Shown: positions 43,945-54,505 of the stretch, one piece after another | Numbering within the stretch: the first letter of the stretch is position 1 | How the letters are laid out: every line of letters begins with the position of its first letter | Source of the DNA: Tetramitus jugosus | Taxonomy: Eukaryota; Protista; Heterolobosea | Length of the DNA: 64,000 nt | Reading direction: 5' to 3' | NCBI GenBank assembly: GCA_937625935.1 | Contig: OW569356.1 | Coordinates: forward strand, 62,001 to 126,000 | The notes under the pieces: generated by a model | Databases searched by the model: none | The model's input: the letters and a program-made list of their open reading frames with translations, nothing else | What the model was told of the DNA's origin: nothing | Program-made: the position numbers and the translations under genes

Positions 43945-43983
43945 ACCAAAAATGTGGAAATAGGTCATTTTAGGTGTTAGAGT

Positions 43984-44103
43984 GTCTACGTTCATACAAT
44001 GGTGGAACCACCTCTTCCCATTTCGAATAGAGAAGTTAAGCACCATCTGGCTGAGTTAGTATTGAGATAGGAGACTACTCGAGAACCCTCAGTAATGTAG
44101 GCT
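43984..44103 (+). rRNA. 5S: 5S rRNA gene
   Basis: GTCTACGTTCATAC...GAAGTTAAGC (box A region)...GTTAGTATTGAGATAGGAGAC...GTAGGC then a TTTT terminator; terminal helix GTCTAC/GTAGGC; about 120 nt. Confidence 0.93.
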
Positions 44104-44482
44104 TTTGACGTTTTATTGGATAACCAACGTGCGGTGTATTTCGTCACTTAAACAGGCATCCACATAGTCTTTATGATTACTATGAGAGAATGTAGAGCTA
44201 CCTTTTAATTTTTCTTCTTCTTTTTCTTCGTCTAGTTGAGCCATAGTTCGCAACTTCGTAATCTTCATCGTTTCCGTCTTTGTCTGCTTTCTATTCTTTT
44301 CTGGTTTCTTCTGTATCCAACACGAATTGATCACTTTGAGAGACAATAGAGATTGGACAAAATACAATTTAATAGAATAGAATAATTTTGGTTTCCTCGG
44401 AACCCCTCGCTTAAGATGTTTTACATGTTCATCAGATAGATTTACCCTGGCCTTTGTTGTTGTTTTCAATTGTGCATTGCAA

Positions 44483-45466
44483 TTAATGCACACCTGCCTT
44501 TGCCTTTGTTGCCAATGTATGATTGTAATCTCTGTGCATGCACTCATCAGCTCTCACTGCCAACACCACATCTCTCAGTGTCGCAGTTGGCGCCAAATTC
44601 CAATACTTTTGAGCAATCTCCGGTGCGGGCGTATTTGGAATATCTCCGCTATCGATTGCCTCCAAAAATTGAGTGTAAGCACTTACGGCTTCTTCTTCGA
44701 GGTAACCCACCATTCGATGACTGAATCGAGGTGAAATGACATAGGCTGCCGTATAGAATGTCGTGTACACGACCTGAGCAGCAATCACCAACAATCTCTG
44801 AATGAGTGTTGGCTTGACTACTTGCATCCATGTCAACAAGTGCATTCTCTCATTTTCTGCCTCTTCGACCAATGCACCAATCCAACCATGATCTCTAGTC
44901 ATGGTTCTCAAACTGGTGAAATGTCTGAGGCAACCAGCAACCATTCCAGGAACAGCAGCCACCGTTTCCAACACCACAGCATGATGAATGTAACGGCTTC
45001 CAAAAAAGGCATGAACAAAAACGCGCAAAAATCTCATAATACCGTAGGCAACCTTGTCTACAGCGTCCTTTGGTTCTCTGTGACGCTTGGTTTCAAGTTG
45101 ATCGAGTGGAGAGACATCAGTGTATGGTGTGCCCCAGGTTCTGAGCGATGTGTGAGACAGTGGGATATGGTTCTTGAGGTAGTGCTCTTCAACTTGTTGT
45201 TCAGTCATGATTGGCTTGACGACACCATGAGTAGTCGTTGTTGTAGCTGTTGCGGCTTCAGCTGATGTTGTGGTTGTTGTGGCCCAAGAAGTTTGGTTGG
45301 AATATTGGTTCTTTTGTTGCGGATTGGCAAAAGCTTGCTTGTTGTTGTTTTTGTAAGCGGATAGCCACTTTACAAAATTTCTGTTTTGTTGTTGGTTGGT
45401 GAGGAATCTCTTGCCTTGTTGTTGATGTTGTTGTTGGCAGAGTGTCTTTAGTAGTTGTCTTTGCAT
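44483..45466 (-). CDS. AOX: Mitochondrial alternative oxidase
   Basis: LETVAAVPGMV, EAENERMHL, GYLEEEA and RADECMHRDYNH di-iron motifs; N-terminal targeting-like sequence. Confidence 0.95.
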   Translation of the reverse strand: MQRQLLKTLCQQQHQQQGKRFLTNQQQNRNFVKWLSAYKNNNKQAFANPQQKNQYSNQTSWATTTTTSAEAATATTTTTHGVVKPIMTEQQVEEHYLKNHIPLSHTSLRTWGTPYTDVSPLDQLETKRHREPKDAVDKVAYGIMRFLRVFVHAFFGSRYIHHAVVLETVAAVPGMVAGCLRHFTSLRTMTRDHGWIGALVEEAENERMHLLTWMQVVKPTLIQRLLVIAAQVVYTTFYTAAYVISPRFSHRMVGYLEEEAVSAYTQFLEAIDSGDIPNTPAPEIAQKYWNLAPTATLRDVVLAVRADECMHRDYNHTLATKAKAGVH

Positions 45467-46005
45467 GTTGTTGTTTGAGTGATTTATCAAAGCAATGTGT
45501 GGTTTGTTTGTTTGCTTGTTTGTTGTTGTTGGTTTTGAGAAGCTTGAGAGACAGCTTTATATCTCGACTAATCGGGAAGTGAGGAACCTTTCAAAGTATC
45601 ACGGCCGCCGTCGGGTGCGCAAGAATCTCTGCAATGAACGAAAATTTGGTCTGCTGTAATGCGGGTTTACGATGTTCAGGCTGAACATCAATCGCCAACG
45701 AATATTGTTTTGGATGAACTCTTGGGAAGGCCATTGATTTTCTGGAGGAATTCATCAATCCTATACTTTTTTTCCCGAATTTCCCTTATTCTGCGCCAGA
45801 TCTGACTGATTCACTCCGGCTTTCTGAAAGACTATGGAAAGATGGAGTGGTTCAACTTGTCGTAAATAAAGATGTGTTAAACTATTCACGAAATGAAGGT
45901 TGACCAGTTGTATTGAAACTGTGATCAAACACAGAAATACAATCGGACTGTTCATCCCAAACAGAGAAAGGCTAAAAAACCGTTGCTACTCAACAATTGT
46001 TATCA

Positions 46006-46773
46006 ATGATCACAAAGAATCTGAGCAAAGGAAGATCTTCTTCTACTAACCTTCCGTATTTTCTGTTATTATCAACTCTCATTCTTCTCGTATGTTGTTG
46101 CTCAGGATCGGTTCGAGCAATGACCTATGATCGAACGTATGAGCTTTCAGGTCATATTTCTCCACTCAAGACATATTTGGCACAGGTCCCAGGTATTGCC
46201 AATCGAGTCCGAGTGAGTGCCTTGTGCCGTGATACTCGTTGTTCGTTTTCTCTCTTCGATAAGAAACAATTTGAATTGTATGTAGATTCAGAGGGCAAAG
46301 AGGGAACTGCTATCGTGCACAGAACAGCTCTGACACCTAACACGGAACAAGTATTGAATATAGATCCCGATGAAGATCATCGCTCATTCAAGACTCGGTA
46401 TAAGGGACCACTGTTCGTTGTGGTTCGAAATTTGGGATTGGAGCCAACTGATGTCAAAGGAACAGTCCACTACGTTGCTTTGGTCCAAGGTAGAATGATA
46501 GCGGTGGGAACTTTGGTGCTAGTCATCTGTTTTCTAAGTTGTATTACTGTGTGCGTCGGACTACCTATCTGTTACATGAATTATCAGAATGAGAAGAGGT
46601 TGAAACATCAAGCTCTGAGTCCTGCCTCGGCTGCCAACGGCGACCAGCATTACATTCAAGCCCCTTCTCCCGTGTCAAATAATTACGGATCTATGTTTTC
46701 TCATCAACAACCACCAACACCATCGATTTTCACCAGAGATTATGTAAATTACCATCAGGAAGCACAACAATAA
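46006..46773 (+). CDS. Type I membrane protein of unknown function
   Basis: Signal peptide, about 120-aa ectodomain, Cys-rich TM segment and cytosolic tail. Confidence 0.7.
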   Translation: MITKNLSKGRSSSTNLPYFLLLSTLILLVCCCSGSVRAMTYDRTYELSGHISPLKTYLAQVPGIANRVRVSALCRDTRCSFSLFDKKQFELYVDSEGKEGTAIVHRTALTPNTEQVLNIDPDEDHRSFKTRYKGPLFVVVRNLGLEPTDVKGTVHYVALVQGRMIAVGTLVLVICFLSCITVCVGLPICYMNYQNEKRLKHQALSPASAANGDQHYIQAPSPVSNNYGSMFSHQQPPTPSIFTRDYVNYHQEAQQ

Positions 46774-46809
46774 AGTTTACTTTACAATTTTACTGTTAAT
46801 AATTTACAG

Positions 46810-49191
46810 TTACTTTGAGATGAGTTTGTTACGCAGCATGATGATAAGTACCAGAGCAATGACCACCATACCAACACATATTCCAACAAACCACCAATAA
46901 TTATCAACATCTTGACCAGGAACTTTGACATTCATTCCCCAGACGGACGAGATTAGAGTCAACGGACCTAACAAACTGGCAATCACAGTAATACGGTTCA
47001 TAAATTCATCTGTTCTTCCACTAGCTTCTGCGATTTCAATTTGAACTTTGGTTAGATAATTGTTGTGAGTTTGGTTAAGGTTCTCACGTGCAACTTCCAA
47101 CTTTTCCAAACAAATCTGTAAATGGTCCAAAACATCTCTCAAATACACTTGAACATTATTGGAGAGAAACCGAATGGGTTGACTCGCCAGATAAGTGGTC
47201 ATCCTTTGTTTGGGAAGTAGAAGGCGACGAAGTGAAATTACATTCCTCTTTGCCAGTCCCAACCGCTTCAACAAGTCATTCTGTTCACACTGTGCTAACA
47301 TGAACACCAATTCATCCAAGTTATCAACTTCCAAAACTAGTGAATCTACAAAAGGAATATACATATCGACCATCGCGTCCAAGAATGCATACAAGATCCA
47401 ATCACTGCTCGGCACATGTGTTCGTTTACATTCCACTAGTGGTTCGATTGGTGGAGGAGGGACAACACCCTTGGTGGTGGGCGATTCCGAAGTAGGTTTT
47501 GATGAAGGAACAGCAAGTGTCGTTTCTGCTGGCATATCTGTCACTCTCATTGCAGCCGATGACAATTTCTTTGTCAATGACCGTTGAACATCGTACTTGT
47601 AGGTGGGAATATTCGATTCGATCTTGCCCTTTTCAATGTCGAACTCGAACTCTGTCTCAATTCTCTTCATCAACAAGTCTAATCCCTTGATGGGACGATC
47701 ATGTATGGTGATTACATAATCCCTGAACAGCACAACATTCAATTGTGTTTCATTGTTCGTTGCATGATGGTGCATTTGAGCGGGTAAGAGCTTTGCAAAG
47801 GATGGAGGTGCCGGTAGTTCATCATCCACTTGACCCGTAAACACAACAAACATGTAATCAGCAAACAATTCCCACTTTTCTCCCGTATCAAGATTGATGA
47901 TATCCTCAGTTGTCAGCGGATGAAGTCCAAAGTACTTTTCAATCATTTTCATGTCAGAAACCGAAGGGTTCTGAACATCGATCCACACGGGATCTTCGAA
48001 TCGCAGCACTTGTGGTGCATTGGCTGCTCTCTTGCCAATTACTGTTGCTGACGGAGATGCTGGAGTGGGAGATTCCGGTTGAGCCGCAACATTGTTCTGC
48101 GAGATATGATCGACGAGAGAACGTAGAGTTTTGAACGTGTGACACTCATAGTTCAATCCCACAATAATGAACCGTTTTCCGTACTGATGAAAATCAGTTT
48201 TCATACGAATGTCATTAATGTTAGTTCCCTTGTGTGGTATGCGCTGATTCTTGCTCACTCGTTCACGAATGACTTCATCTTCTCTGGACATTGGTGGTTC
48301 GGCCTCACTGTAGTCATCTTCTTCGAGATTGGGTTGCTGCGTAGATGATGATTCATCTGATGCACTGAGAGGCATTCGATACTGCTTAAGTGAATCGAAA
48401 TCTTCGAGATTGTTTCCAGGTTTCATCCGCATACTACGTAGTGTGTTTTTGGGAAGCAAGGGACGCAATGGCTTTTTCTCTTTTTGAAGGAGCGGCGTTC
48501 TCTGTTTACCTCCTTCTTCTGCTTCCTCCTCTTCTTCCTCAGAGGCAGTGGATGCACGTGTAGATGTTGGAACATCGAGAAATTCTCTTGTGGAACGGTA
48601 TGCGCTGAATGCCATGGGTCGATATCCACCAATTTGTCCCACAGGCGCCTCCTCTTCTTCCTCTTCTCCCATCAGATTGGTCTGAATTTGGTCTGACTGT
48701 TCTGGTTCTGTCGGAGAGACCATTGTCACAGAAGCTGAACGTTGGTCATGTCGAAGAAGCACATGATCATCACCTTCGTCAGTTTCAGGAAGAGCACTAT
48801 CATCTGCCAATCTAGGTGCTCTTTGTGCACCTGACACGGCAAATGGATCCTGTTCCTGTTGTAGTGCTTCATCATGGTCTGCTGCGAGCATTGAGGAAGA
48901 TGAAGGAGAAATTGAAGGAGAGCGCGGCGCACGACTCCTTTGTTTGGATCGCTTGGATCGTTTCCGATGTTTTTCCGGTGTTGGTTGACTATATCCTTGG
49001 AATTGTAATGGAATCTGAGGTGGGAGAGTTAGACTGCTCTTCCGTTCCATAAGTCTTTGCTCTGCGGCAGTATCACTCACATGATCACCACTCCGTTTTT
49101 TACCACCATTCCTTCGATGTTTCTTGTTCTTTTGGTGGTTGTTGTTCTGTGCGCTAGACGTAGATGGAGATTTGTCTTCTTTATCGCTCAT
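46810..49191 (-). CDS. CorA-family Mg2+ transporter (Alr1/Mnr2-like)
   Basis: WIDVQNP...FGLHPLTTEDI, YLRDVLDH, WGMNVKVPG and two C-terminal TM segments. Confidence 0.92.
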   Translation of the reverse strand: MSDKEDKSPSTSSAQNNNHQKNKKHRRNGGKKRSGDHVSDTAAEQRLMERKSSLTLPPQIPLQFQGYSQPTPEKHRKRSKRSKQRSRAPRSPSISPSSSSMLAADHDEALQQEQDPFAVSGAQRAPRLADDSALPETDEGDDHVLLRHDQRSASVTMVSPTEPEQSDQIQTNLMGEEEEEEAPVGQIGGYRPMAFSAYRSTREFLDVPTSTRASTASEEEEEEAEEGGKQRTPLLQKEKKPLRPLLPKNTLRSMRMKPGNNLEDFDSLKQYRMPLSASDESSSTQQPNLEEDDYSEAEPPMSREDEVIRERVSKNQRIPHKGTNINDIRMKTDFHQYGKRFIIVGLNYECHTFKTLRSLVDHISQNNVAAQPESPTPASPSATVIGKRAANAPQVLRFEDPVWIDVQNPSVSDMKMIEKYFGLHPLTTEDIINLDTGEKWELFADYMFVVFTGQVDDELPAPPSFAKLLPAQMHHHATNNETQLNVVLFRDYVITIHDRPIKGLDLLMKRIETEFEFDIEKGKIESNIPTYKYDVQRSLTKKLSSAAMRVTDMPAETTLAVPSSKPTSESPTTKGVVPPPPIEPLVECKRTHVPSSDWILYAFLDAMVDMYIPFVDSLVLEVDNLDELVFMLAQCEQNDLLKRLGLAKRNVISLRRLLLPKQRMTTYLASQPIRFLSNNVQVYLRDVLDHLQICLEKLEVARENLNQTHNNYLTKVQIEIAEASGRTDEFMNRITVIASLLGPLTLISSVWGMNVKVPGQDVDNYWWFVGICVGMVVIALVLIIMLRNKLISK

Positions 49192-49641
49192 ACTGACAAA
49201 AATGGTCGGATCAACAGAGTGAAGATGTGTACGTTTCTTGCGACGTTGTATTGTACGTTGAAATAATTTCCTTGGCCATCTCCTGATGAGCTTATCGGAT
49301 GATGCCAAAGGTAAAATTTAACTCTGTGGTTGTATTTTTAGAAGAGAATTCGATGAAAATTCAATCTAATTGGTATTGCCATCAATTTCACAAGAATCAC
49401 CGCTCACGAGGTAACTTTGTTTGTTGACTTCAGTGGTCTTAATTCTGAACTGATGATATGGCAATTTGACAATTGGACACCAAGGCACAAGAGTCCATAA
49501 TCCAGTTCGAACCTCCAATTACTCCGCCTTTCCATTCAGAAAACTCCACTCCCAGTTCCCTTTTACCACCAACAAGTTTTGTTGTTGTGAACGAGAAGAA
49601 AAAACTCAACATTGAAGAAACACTCGAAGATTGATAAAAAG

Positions 49642-52549
49642 ATGATGAATGCCAATGGTGAGGATCCTCACTCGTTGATAACACCCACCAACAACCATCA
49701 TCATCACAATGGCCAGGGCGGCAGCAACTCCAAAAATAGAAGTATTTTTGTAAACAAGAGCAAAGTTCATGCCTATCAGGTGAGAGCTCTACTGTACAAG
49801 CAATTGACTCTTCAATTGAGACAAAAGAAGACGGTTGCTTGTCAAGTCATCTTTCCCATTGTTATGCTATTGTGCATCTTTTTGTTCAATGTGATTATGA
49901 AGAAGGCGATTGGTCGGTTCCCTAAACCACCGCCCACACCTGTTGTTTCACCGTCCATGGATGTCGCTCGGGTATTTGAGTTTATTCAAGGGCGACTTTC
50001 GCCATTGTCGCCTGAGGAAACTCCGTTCTTTCCATTCAGGTTCATGTACACAAAGAGTAATCCAAATACAGTGCAGGAGCAGTTGGGTGTATTGGGGCCC
50101 AATGGTCAAAAAGAGGGATTCTTTGGATTCATGGATCAAACCGATGCCAATGATACTCTGGGCTCAATTGGTGTCAGTAAGATACCTTATGCCGTTTACA
50201 TGAAAAATGCGAGTGACATGGACAACTTGGTGTACAATAGTCAAAAGTCAAGAGGTAGTATGGACGGTTATTATGGATCATTGGAGTTTACTTCGTTGAT
50301 CACATCTGCCAAGAATGACTCATCAAACGACAAGAATAATCAGAAGGATATTGGTATTCAGTACACTGTACAGTCCGTCTCAGATTGCTCCCTGTTTACT
50401 GCATTTGAAAGCAGAATGTTCTCTGGCTTGTGTAATTATGGATTCACTGCATCCCTGATGAACATGGTGAACAATGCTTTTGTCGAGAGTGTTCTAGGTA
50501 ATTTGGCCTTCAAAATTAACACTGCTATTCAAAAGATGCCATACATTAACAATTTGGATATTTCTGCTCTCATGTTTGACAACTCGGCTCAAATCATTCA
50601 CTTGGTTCTCTTGTTCCCATTGCCCATGTTTATCTATACATTGTTGTTGGAGAAAACAACAAGAATCCGTGAGATGATGAAGTTGAATGGTATGCGTATG
50701 AAGTACTATTGGATTACCTATTTGGCATTCAATGCGACCATCTACTTCTTGTTCACATGTGCTCTGTGTTACATTTGTAGTTTGGCGTTTGGCTTCAAAT
50801 GGGCCTACTCAAAGTATGTCTCTCTTTCGTTTGTGTTTACCTTTGTACAAATCTTTCTGTCGTGTGTATGTGCTGTACTGTACAATGACAACTTGACTCA
50901 CTCTTTCCATTCTTAGTCCACTTGCCGTCATCATTTTCTTTGTCGCATGTTGTGCCAACATTATGGGAATGGCCATCTTTTTATCCTCAATTTTGAATAG
51001 TGTCCTCGTAGGCATTATTCTTGGATATCTAGGTGCCTTGTTCTTCCCATCCATCACCAATCTTGTGGAGACATACATTATTTCAAAGTCTGGCAACCAA
51101 TTCCTGTTCCTGCTATTAATTCCACCATTTGCCACAGAGCATGCATTGACCAGCGGATTTGTCAATCCATGCAAGAACTTCCAATGCCCTACCTTTAAGG
51201 TGTTTACCTCATGGAATCCTTACGTTGCTGGCGTTGTGTTCATGTTTTTGAACGGAATTCTGTATAGCGCTCTTGGATTGTACTTGGATGCCATTATGCC
51301 GAGAGAGTGGGGTATTACCAAGCATCCACTCTTCTTTTTGAGTCCTCTCAAGACCTTGTTCCTCAAGCTCTTCAAATCAAAGCGCTCTCATTATGAGAAT
51401 TCAAATGAAACAATATCCCTATTGAGCAAAGAGAGTGATATTGAAGAAGGTGTCGAGACTGCTGAAGGAGGGCAGGATGCTGATGTTGAGAAGGAAAGAG
51501 AAAAGGTACACCGTGTGGTTTCAGCACTCAAGAATGAGTCACTTGAGCACGTCCCACCTATTGTCATTGAAAATTTGAACAAGTTTTATGGGTCGTTCCA
51601 GGCTGTGAAAGATGTATCCCTGATGATTGAATCTGGGACATGTTTTGGTCTCCTGGGTCCGAACGGTGCTGGCAAGACTACAACATGTAATATGTTGTGT
51701 GGTCTAGCAAAGCCTTCCAAGGGCACAGCATACATCAATGGATTCGATATTAGAAGTGAAATGGATATGGTTCAAAGGTCAATGGGTCTCGCCCCTCAGT
51801 ATGAAGTCATATATGATGACTTGACTGTTGAGGAGCACTTGCTGTTCTATGCTAGATTGAAGGGAGTACCAAAGCGTGAAGAGCGAGCTCATGTTGAGAG
51901 TATTATGGAATCTGTTGGATTGCACTTGCCAGAACATCGTGTCAAAACTGCCCAGCAGTTGAGCGGTGGCATGAGAAGACGTCTCTCTCTAGCAATGGCG
52001 CTCTGCGGTGATCCAGTCATGATTTTATGTGATGAGCCAACAACTGGTTTAGATCCAACATCCCGTCGTCAAGTTTGGTCTATTATCCAAAAACAAAAGG
52101 AACAAGGAAGATGTATCATTCTCACGACTCATTCACTTGACGAGGCTGATGTGTTGTGTGATCGAATTGGTATCGTGAAGACTCAGCTCATGTGTATTGG
52201 ATCATCGTTCCACCTAAAGAGCAAGTATGGCCAGAGTTACCGTTTGACGATGAATTATCACTTCTCTCAGAGCAGACCAGCTGCCGAAAGCGCAAAGATG
52301 ATTGAGGATTTTGTCAAGACAAATATTTGCCCAACGATGACATCTTCATCTCAATATGCAGGCAATTTGGTTCTCGAATTGCCAAAAGCTGACATCCTCG
52401 TTGATATATCAAGACTCTTCAATCTGATTGAGGATTACAAGGCAGAAACGAGAGATTTGGTAGAGGAATACAATTTCTCACAAACAACATTGGAGGATGT
52501 ATTCATGGCTATTACTGCAACAGGTGACGAAGCAAACAAATTTACATAA
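49642..52549 (+). CDS. ABCA-subfamily half transporter; exons 49642-50813 and 50917-52549
   Basis: Intron 50814-50916 (GTATGT...TTAG, phase 2). Motifs: EKTTRIREMMKLNGM, GPNGAGKTT, LSGGMRRRL, DEPTTGLDP, TTLEDVF. Confidence 0.92.
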
Positions 52550-52720
52550 ACCAATTCTTTCAACGGAAGAATAGCTCCAACAATTGTAAAACCTCCGGTC
52601 ATCAACCTGTCAAAGAATGAAGGACCACGTGGCGCGTAGACTCGTAGTCGACCTACCTCTTTTCTTTCTTGCTGCGACCAAGAAGCGAACAACAACCAAC
52701 AACCACAAGAAAACCAATTC

Positions 52721-53400
52721 ATGTCTTCCCATCAGCTGATCTCACAGGCTGATCTGCCAAAATGGAAAATTGTGCGTTATGGAGGTGTATTTCGACTTCA
52801 CAAGAGAGCTATGCACTCGGGTATTGTTATCGACAACCAGACTCTCCTGTTCTGGGGTGGTGTCTCTCCTGAGATGAATGTCCGTTCTAGAATAGTTGAG
52901 AGACATAGAGGAGAGCTCATTATGTTCGACACTCAAGGAAACTGGGCCATAGCTCCCGAAACTTTTGGAGACATTCCACGCCCAGGATATCGCAACGGAC
53001 ACAGGCTCGTGTTAGACAATGAATCAAAGTTTGCCTATCTGATTGGTGGAACGCCTAATGATGGAAATTTTCAACTCGATGTACATGAACTCGTCTGGAA
53101 AAAGCTGAAGGATTCCGAAGGCCTCCATAGAATTCATCCTGCTGTTGCCTCGGTTCCAGGGTTCATTTACATTTTCGGGGGAAAGAAGGCTGACGGGAGA
53201 TCCACAACTGGGCTATCGGATTTATTTCGATTAAATACAACTACTCTAATCACTGAGAGGGTTGAATGCAAAGGAGCGAAGCCACCCGGCAGAAGTAGTG
53301 CATGTATGGAGTCTGTGAAAGGTCGATTTCTGATTTTGTTTGGAGGAGATCGTTCTTGCTTTCTTACCCACTTCCGCTGTTTTGATCCCGTATTAAAAAA
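52721..53400 (+). CDS. Kelch-repeat protein, apparently incomplete (about 4 blades); possibly a pseudogene
   Basis: LLFWGG, AYLIGG, IYIFGG and LILFGG kelch motifs. Similarity ends near 53350, and the track ORF's tail is read-through into the retroelement. Confidence 0.55.
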
Positions 53401-53417
53401 CGCAAAAATGATATTTC

Positions 53418-54491
53418 TTTTTTTTTTTTGTTCCATACAACCAAGTATGCGCAAGCACACGATTGCTCATTTATTGACTTGTTTTGTGAGTGACGACCCG
53501 TCATTCACTCGTCTTCTCTTGTTGTCCCCGACGGTGCACCTACAGGTTGGAAGAATCACTCTGGTGAGTGTTTTGGTTGATGCTCTTCATCAAAGAGCGT
53601 AACCTTGTAGTAGGACCGTCGATGGACACAGAGCCATCTGTTGTTTTTTTCTTGTCTTGGGCCTTGTTGCTCCTCAGATCACCCAGTGTGATCCTAGCAC
53701 TCCTTTTCTTGTTGTCATTGAGTTGTGGACTCTGAATCTCCTTTTCGGAGTCATCATCCACATCCACAATGACTGGTTCGTCCTCAGTCAAACCATACCT
53801 TTTGCGTGCACTGGCTAGTGCCAATGCAGAAATTTCCTTCTTCACTCTGGCAAACACTGGAGAAGTGGCATTCACTTGCTCCAGGATTTGCCGATTTTCA
53901 GCGCTGAGCTGTACAACAGGCACTGTTGGCAGTGGTGTTGTACTCCTTTGTTCTTCTGCCTCCATTAGATCAGAAGCAGTTCTTTGCGCAACTTCCAGCT
54001 CCAGTATTGGGACCGGTTTGTTGCTCTCTTGACCCTTTGTCTTTGTCAATTCCTTGGTGAGTTCTGTGACCTGTCGACGCAGTGCGTCAACCACCGTCAG
54101 CAGCTCCTCGTACATCTTCGTCAACCTCTTGTTGACAGCCTTGAGAGGATCATGTGGTCTCTCGACGTATCGAGTGACCATAGCCTTTACCTTGTTCTCC
54201 CCGCTGAGCACTGCTTGTGCATAGGTTTCATCACCCATGACCACGGAAGCAGTGTCACGCTTCTTGAGCACACTGGCAACCTTCTCAGGTCCCAGTAGCT
54301 TCTTGATGTCGTCCACTGACATGTTCTTCATGCCATGGACGACCACCTTTCTTGTGCAATCAACACTGCGCTTGGGTGCAGCAGTGCTGTTGCCAATCCT
54401 CCTCTCTCCACACTGCATAACGGCTGTTGCCGTATTCCTTCACCAAATTTGTTGAATCACCAGACATGTGATTCCGTTTTTTCTGCGTTTT
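53418..54491 (-). mobile_element. ORF1-only non-LTR retroelement, copy 2 (221-bp internal deletion, frameshifted)
   Basis: T12 at 53418-53429; same 5' and 3' ends as copy 1; flanked by CAAAAATGATATTT(C) at 53403-53417 and 54492-54505; lacks copy-1 positions 43636-43856. Confidence 0.9.
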
Positions 54492-54505
54492 CAAAAATGA
54501 TATTT

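Noticed and set aside
44113-44547. 144-aa minus ORF overlapping the AOX 3' end
   Set aside because: Out-of-frame overlap with AOX, low complexity and no motifs; probably 3' UTR or spacer.
53401-53602. C-terminal extension of the kelch ORF, and the similar ORF at 42511-42714
   Set aside because: Antisense read-through of the element's poly(A) and 3' UTR.
53395-54491. AAAAAACGCA left of copy 2 is the inverse of the element's 5' end, suggesting terminal inverted repeats of a DNA transposon
   Set aside because: It lies mostly outside the TSD and is absent at copy 1; poly(A) tails and 15-bp TSDs indicate target-primed reverse transcription.
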